In this document: piece after piece, positions 27,473 through 31,848 of the stretch
Layout of the letters: the number at the start of each line of letters is the position of its first letter
Numbering within the stretch: position 1 is the first letter of the stretch
From: Anaerovoracaceae bacterium
GTDB lineage: Bacteria; Bacillota; Clostridia; Peptostreptococcales; Anaerovoracaceae
Length of the DNA: 31,848 bases
Assembly (NCBI GenBank): GCA_045639385.1
Contig: JAZUDB010000134.1
Location: 1-31,848, forward strand
Direction of reading: 5' to 3'
The notes under the pieces: model-generated
What the model was told of the DNA's origin: nothing
The model's database searches: none
The model's input: only the letters and a program-made list of their open reading frames with translations
Position numbers and translations under genes: made by a program

Positions 27473-28219
27473 ATGAAAAGAAAATTGTTAATTATAGGTC
27501 TGATGGTTTTCCTGCTGCTGCTTTGTTCCTGCGATAAGACGGAGGAAGATGCGTCCGTGAACGCCATAGATTTCAAAGGCTATTCTGCGTCGGAGATTAT
27601 GGATTGGGCAAGGGAAAACAACGTCGCATCGAGTATCCGCTTCGTTTATGTTTCCGATGATATCGGGGCAGCGTTCGGCGATGTGCTCCTCCAGAGCGTG
27701 GAGCCGGGCAAGCCGATCTCCGATGAAGGAATCGAGATTACCCTTTCACAGGGAAACCTGCTTCTTTCCGGCAGCGGGTCCGAGGTTGGGATTCCCAATG
27801 TAATCGGAAAGAGTCTTTCCGACGCCAAAGCCGAGCTGGAAGCGCTGGGTCTTTCGGTAGACAGCAAGTACGAATCTTCCGCGGAGGCAAAGGATACGGT
27901 TTTACTGTCCGATCCGCTTCCCGGCATGAGCGCAGCAGAGGGCAGCAAGGTTCTGCTGACCCTTTCTTCCGGCGAACGCCGCAGTCCGAGACTGTCTGTA
28001 CTTCTGGATATTCCGTCAACCGGACAGGAAAACAATATGATTAAAGCGTATGTGGACGGCGAGCTGGACAGATTGAAAACGGTTTGCCTGGATGCGTCCG
28101 TGCAGCGCAGAACCTTTTACTTTTACGGTTCCGGCGTGCAAACGGTAAAATTTACCGTCAACAACGAATTCCTGGCTGAATACACCTTGGATTTTGATAA
28201 GGAAACGGTGAAGAAATAA
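27473..28219 (+). CDS. PASTA-domain lipoprotein
   Basis: Lipobox-like LCSC. PASTA-like IPNVIGKSLSDAKAELEALGL...DTVLLSDPLPG...VLLTLSSG, preceded by a degenerate PASTA module. GAGGAG RBS. Confidence 0.85.
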   Translation: MKRKLLIIGLMVFLLLLCSCDKTEEDASVNAIDFKGYSASEIMDWARENNVASSIRFVYVSDDIGAAFGDVLLQSVEPGKPISDEGIEITLSQGNLLLSGSGSEVGIPNVIGKSLSDAKAELEALGLSVDSKYESSAEAKDTVLLSDPLPGMSAAEGSKVLLTLSSGERRSPRLSVLLDIPSTGQENNMIKAYVDGELDRLKTVCLDASVQRRTFYFYGSGVQTVKFTVNNEFLAEYTLDFDKETVKK

Positions 28220-28231
28220 CGACAGATGATG

Positions 28232-28265
28232 ATCGGCAAGAACGAAGAAGTTCTTGCCGATTTTT
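28232..28265 (+). terminator. Intrinsic terminator after the PASTA gene
   Basis: Perfect 12-bp stem ATCGGCAAGAAC/GTTCTTGCCGAT, 6-nt loop, T-run. Confidence 0.85.
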
Positions 28266-28310
28266 CGTAAATAGAAACCCTGCTTTAAGCGCAGGTTTGG
28301 TTTTTCGATG

Positions 28311-29159
28311 CTAAGAAAGCTCGCAGGGAAGGGGACTCTTCGCTTGGAGAATTGCATCAAGAATGCATTCTGCTGTGTCGGCGGCGAAAGGCACTGCCGT
28401 TGTTTCGAAGCTGAAGAACAGATTTTTTCCCGGCGCGAGTCCCGCTTTCAAATAGCGGTTTATTTTTCGGCAGGCATCGTCGCAGTAATCCGGCGTATCC
28501 ATCAGTCCGAAATGCTCCCAGTAGATCAATTTCTTTGTTCTTGGGTGAAGAATGGTGAAGTCCGGGTAGACGGGCGGCTTGCCGTCGTTCAGGTCTAAAC
28601 GGCATTCATTTCGATAAAGAATTCCCCGGCTGAAAAGCAAATCCGAAATAATCATTTCCGATTTGGATCGAACGGGGTATCCTTTTTTTGTTTCTAAAAT
28701 CAGGGCATCACTGTGGTAAGGATTTGCGGGATAGCTTGCTTCTGCCCAGCTTTGATCCAAAGCGGCGCCGGTTTGTACCAGATTTGCATTGAGTTTCTGC
28801 AGCTCCGGCGGAAAAGTTTCCGCAATTTCTGCAGCGTCCCTGCCGCTGTGTAGCTGAAGAAAGCTGTTTGCTGCCGACAAGTTTTTCTTCATGATCGGCA
28901 GCGCGTTTTCTGCCAACCGCTTGTTTGAATACTGCCGCAGCTGCCGGGAATTTCTCCGGATATAGGTCGTGGTTCTGCGGTTTTGATTGGTTTGCCGGAC
29001 TGCGTAGTAATATTTGCTGCCGCGCTGTTCGATTTTCAAGTGCCCCGCCGGGGCGTTTTCAAGGACCTTCTCCATTTGCGAAATTTTGGATACCAGTGTA
29101 TCGCGATATTTTTGAATTAATGCGATGTAGTACATAAGAGTTTTGTGATTGCTTTGCAC
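28311..29159 (-). CDS. Uncharacterised protein with a C-terminal PD-(D/E)xK (Vsr/DUF559-like) nuclease domain
   Basis: VRSKSEMIISDLL, YRNECRL, VYPDFTI and YWEHFGLMD match restriction-fold catalytic spacing. N-terminal helical segment plus a basic/aromatic beta-hairpin. Start is GTG 29159 or ATG 29135. Confidence 0.8.
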   Translation of the reverse strand: MQSNHKTLMYYIALIQKYRDTLVSKISQMEKVLENAPAGHLKIEQRGSKYYYAVRQTNQNRRTTTYIRRNSRQLRQYSNKRLAENALPIMKKNLSAANSFLQLHSGRDAAEIAETFPPELQKLNANLVQTGAALDQSWAEASYPANPYHSDALILETKKGYPVRSKSEMIISDLLFSRGILYRNECRLDLNDGKPPVYPDFTILHPRTKKLIYWEHFGLMDTPDYCDDACRKINRYLKAGLAPGKNLFFSFETTAVPFAADTAECILDAILQAKSPLPCELS

Positions 29160-29203
29160 TCCGCTGCAAAAGATAAATTAAAATGGAAATATTTTACAGT
29201 CCT

Positions 29204-29232
29204 ATTATAACGCACGATTTTGGATTTGTAAA
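29204..29232 (-). promoter_or_regulatory. SigA-type promoter of the nuclease gene
   Basis: On the minus strand TTTACA (29227-29232)-N17-TATAAT (29204-29209). Confidence 0.7.
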
Positions 29233-29280
29233 TATATGGAAGGATAAAAACTCTTGCGGGTGTTGGTTTATTTGCAGATT

Positions 29281-29669
29281 TTCACCCAGTGTCGCTTTAT
29301 GTATGCGGGTGGGACCATGTAAAAGAGGATGGCTTCACCCAATAAGCGGGCTCGCATTCAATTGGGACCACATTTTGGGCATGATTTGGATGATTTTTCA
29401 CCCAACGAGTGGTTCATGCGGTGCTTGGACACATAAAAAGACCCTTGGACTTGCCAAGAGTCTCTAAAATCTATGCCCAATCTATTGTGTCTCCGCATGA
29501 TGGGTGAAGGCTTCGAAAAATAATAGTAGAATTCTGTGCCCACAGGGGCCTTTTAATGCAGTTTGGGTGAAACGCGCAGGGTTGCAATTGTAAACTAATA
29601 TGCCCACCGAAGTCGCCCGATACAGTTTGGGTGAAAAGCAATGGCTTGCAATCGTAAAATCTATGTCCA
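29281..29669. repeat. Bidirectional array of six TTCACCCA-N21-TGG(G/A) dyads plus one half unit
   Basis: Plus orientation TTCACCCA at 29281, 29334, 29397, each followed after exactly 21 nt by TGGGAC/TGGGAC/TGGACA. Minus orientation TGCCCA at 29474, 29537, 29601, each followed after 21 nt by TGGGTGAA (29501, 29564, 29628). Half unit TGTCCA at 29664. Confidence 0.92.
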
Positions 29670-29694
29670 ATGGGGCCCTCGCTGCAGCGGCGCC

Positions 29695-30216
29695 TTACAG
29701 CTCTTCTTCGCTGAGCACCTTGTAACCGGCGGCCAGCAGGGCGTCTGTGGTCACCCCGTTGCCGGGAACCTTCGTGCCGGAAAAGCTGCCGTCATAAATC
29801 AGGCCTTTGCCGCAGCTGGGGCTGCCGGACTTGAGAATGGCATAGTCGACGCGGTTGATTTCCGCAATCCGCAGGGCAATTTCCACACCACGGGCGTAGT
29901 TTTCGCTGACGTCGGTGCCGTCGTTCATGATCAGTGCGCGGGGCCGGGCCATCGCTTCGCCTTCCGCTCCGGCTTGCAGCGGCAGATTGCCGTCCGGGCT
30001 GTTCAAAAACAGCGGCAGAACAACGCCTTCTGCATCGCGTTGGCGTTCGGAGGGGTTCCGGGGCGTGGTTAAGCCGCCCATCTGCTCGGGGCATACGGGG
30101 ATCAGCACGTTTTCCGGGTCTTCGGCCAGGGCCAGCACCTTTTCGCAGGGCTTGGAGGCCCCGTCATATCTGCATTGGCAGCCTAAAAGGCATGCGCTTA
30201 CTAAAATCTTTGCCAT
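29695..30216 (-). CDS. DUF523-family protein (2-thiouracil desulfurase-like, Fe-S)
   Basis: VSACLLGCQCRYDG, IPVCPEQMGGLTTPR, ILKSGSPSCG, GNGVTT. Confidence 0.9.
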   Translation of the reverse strand: MAKILVSACLLGCQCRYDGASKPCEKVLALAEDPENVLIPVCPEQMGGLTTPRNPSERQRDAEGVVLPLFLNSPDGNLPLQAGAEGEAMARPRALIMNDGTDVSENYARGVEIALRIAEINRVDYAILKSGSPSCGKGLIYDGSFSGTKVPGNGVTTDALLAAGYKVLSEEEL

Positions 30217-30257
30217 AATCTATCCTTTTGCGGCCGGGCAGGTTTCGCCGTTCGCCG

Positions 30258-30797
30258 CTATTCCTTGTCGTAAAGCGTAACGGAAGTGACGCCGTCGGTC
30301 TGTGCAAAGCAGACCTTTACCACTTCCTTCTGAGAGGTGGGTACGTTTTTGCCCACGTAATCCGGCTTGATGGGCAGCTCCCGGTGACCCCGGTCGATCA
30401 GCACCGCCAGACCGATCTTGGCGGGCCGTCCCAGGTCGAAGATGGCTTCGATGGCCGCCCGGATGGTGCGGCCGGTGTAGGGCACATCATCCACCAGAAT
30501 GACTTCCCTGCCGGTAATGTCCACGCCGAACTGAGCGCCGGTAACGGTGGGGTCGTCGTTCACGTGGGTCAGGTCGTCCCGGTAGAAAGTAATGTCCAGC
30601 TCGCAGACCGGAATCTGCGGGCCGCCGTGGGCCAGTATTTTGGATGCCAGAACTTTCGCCATGGGAATGCCCCGGGTTTTGATGCCCACCAGCACCAGAT
30701 TAGCCGGATCCGCACATTTTTCGATGATTTCGTAGGACAGGCGGGTGAGGGCGCGCTCCACCGCGGTTTCGTCCATCAGCTGAACTTTTGCTTTCAT
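30258..30797 (-). CDS. pyrR: Pyrimidine operon regulator / uracil phosphoribosyltransferase PyrR
   Basis: RALTRLSYEIIE, GIKTRGIP, LDITFYRDDL, LVDDVPYTGRTIRAA, DRGHRELPI, DYVGKNVPTS. Confidence 0.95.
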   Translation of the reverse strand: MKAKVQLMDETAVERALTRLSYEIIEKCADPANLVLVGIKTRGIPMAKVLASKILAHGGPQIPVCELDITFYRDDLTHVNDDPTVTGAQFGVDITGREVILVDDVPYTGRTIRAAIEAIFDLGRPAKIGLAVLIDRGHRELPIKPDYVGKNVPTSQKEVVKVCFAQTDGVTSVTLYDKE

Positions 30798-30914
30798 AGG
30801 TTCTTCCTCTCTTTTCTATATTTTATATTGAGAAAAACTTTTTTTCAATACGCCCGCCTTGAAACGGAGCGCTTTCGGGTCTAATATATAAAAAGAAGAA
30901 AACAGGAGGTCAAA

Positions 30915-31574
30915 ATGGAAGATTTTCTTAAGAACGTAACAATATTCGATCATCCGCTGATCAAGCACAAAGTGTCTCATCTCTGCGACGTACATACCGG
31001 TTCCAAGGAGTTCTGCGAGCTGGTAGGCGAGCTGGCTACCCTGATGGGTTACGAAGCCCTCAAGGATCTGCCCTTAAAGGACGTGGAGATTCAGGCGCCG
31101 CTTTCCAAAATTACCACCCCGGTTCTGGCCGAGGACTTTACCATCGTTCCCATTCTGCGCGCAGGCCTGGGCATGGTGGACGGTCTCCGCTCCCTGTCCC
31201 CCACGGCAAAGGTGGGCCACGTGGGACTCTACCGCGACGAAGAAACTCTTCAGCCTGTTACCTATTATTTCAAGCTGCCGGTGGACGTAGCCGACGGACA
31301 GGTCATTATCGTTGACCCGGCCCTGGCCACAGGCGTTTCCGCGGACGCTGCCATCAAGTACGTAAAGGAAGCCGGCTGCACCCGCATTAAGATGATGTGC
31401 ATCTTTGCGGCAAAGCAGGGTCTGGAACTGCTGTACAAGAACCATCCGGACGTGCAGATCTACTGCGCCAACTATTCCGACCAGCCCCTGAACGAAAAGG
31501 GCTACATCCTGACCGCTGCCGGAGATGCCGGTGACCGTGTCTGCGGCACCTGCTCCTACAAGCCGGCGGAATAG
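30915..31574 (+). CDS. upp: Uracil phosphoribosyltransferase (divergent)
   Basis: HPLIKHK, VPILRAGLGM, GLYRDEETL, DPALATG, GDAGDR. GGAGG RBS. Confidence 0.88.
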   Translation: MEDFLKNVTIFDHPLIKHKVSHLCDVHTGSKEFCELVGELATLMGYEALKDLPLKDVEIQAPLSKITTPVLAEDFTIVPILRAGLGMVDGLRSLSPTAKVGHVGLYRDEETLQPVTYYFKLPVDVADGQVIIVDPALATGVSADAAIKYVKEAGCTRIKMMCIFAAKQGLELLYKNHPDVQIYCANYSDQPLNEKGYILTAAGDAGDRVCGTCSYKPAE

Positions 31575-31653
31575 ACCGGGGCGAAGCGCTGCCGTAAGAA
31601 TACAGACCGCAGCGAAATTCACCGCAAAAATATATGTAGAAATGTACGAAAAG

Positions 31654-31688
31654 GGTCCTCTGTTTCTTGACAGAGGACCTTCTTTTTG
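31654..31688 (+). terminator. Hairpin terminator after upp, overlapping the next promoter
   Basis: GGTCCTCTGT/ACAGAGGACC 10-bp stem followed by TTCTTTTTG. Confidence 0.7.
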
Positions 31689-31695
31689 TTATCAT
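31667..31695 (+). promoter_or_regulatory. SigA promoter for the downstream (off-window) operon
   Basis: TTGACA (31667-31672)-N17-TATCAT (31690-31695) with extended -10 TG. Confidence 0.85.
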
Positions 31696-31716
31696 AACAC
31701 GAATGCAAAATACATG

Positions 31717-31813
31717 AACTTTAATCCAATACAGAGATATTGGCAAGGTCGTATGCAGTAGACGAAAAGCGGACTTTATTCTGCCTTGCCAAGCTTCGGC
31801 AAGGCGTTTTTTT
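31717..31813 (+). promoter_or_regulatory. PyrR-binding attenuator leader (binding loop plus terminator)
   Basis: CTTTAA, stem CCAATA/TATTGG with CAGAGA hexaloop, then CAAGG. Terminator GCCTTGCC/GGCAAGGC plus T7. GGCAAGG of the binding loop can alternatively pair with the terminator 5' arm (CCTTGCC). Confidence 0.88.
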
Positions 31814-31848
31814 ATGTGTTTTGCGGGTAAAATTTCATCCAGATGTTT

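Noticed and set aside
29281-29669. Calling the array a CRISPR array
   Set aside because: Conserved boxes are only 6-11 nt, orientation flips mid-array, some interiors share sequence, and there are no cas genes. It is reported as an unclassified repeat instead.
29183-29670. Small ORFs across the array (29183-29467, 29358-29543, 29482-29670)
   Set aside because: No RBS or recognisable motifs. The 53, 64 and 75 bp spacings and the orientation switch are not consistent with a protein repeat.

Overview
A GC-rich chromosomal window from an anaerobic Bacillota (Clostridia-like; lineage inferred from gene content and SigA-type promoters). Left to right it holds: the 3' part of a very large exported-type protein with repeated PLAT/LH2-like modules, a chagasin-like lipoprotein, an acyltransferase, and a nucleoside salvage block (ung, udk, xpt, BMP-family ABC transporter). 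Next come a YqeY protein, a divergent DUF2974 lipase / YhhN pair, a small AT-richer islet (GNAT, ACT, MBL hydrolase), recD2, yhaM and a cdaA-cdaR-glmM-acetyltransferase-nagB operon. The right end has a ~620-bp AT-rich cassette bracketed by a 117-bp duplication of the nagB 3' end, a PASTA lipoprotein, a PD-(D/E)xK-type nuclease gene, DUF523, pyrR, upp and a PyrR attenuator leader. The most unusual signal is non-coding. Upstream of the nuclease gene lies an array of six TTCACCCA-N21-TGG(G/A) dyads, three in each orientation, at near-helical 53-64 bp periods within each block (29281-29669). A second, orphan array with the same grammar but different boxes (AATGWCA-N23-WGWCATT x3) lies at 18121-18316. 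No rRNA, tRNA, transposase, integrase or canonical CRISPR array was seen. All family assignments come from motif recognition by eye, not database searches.
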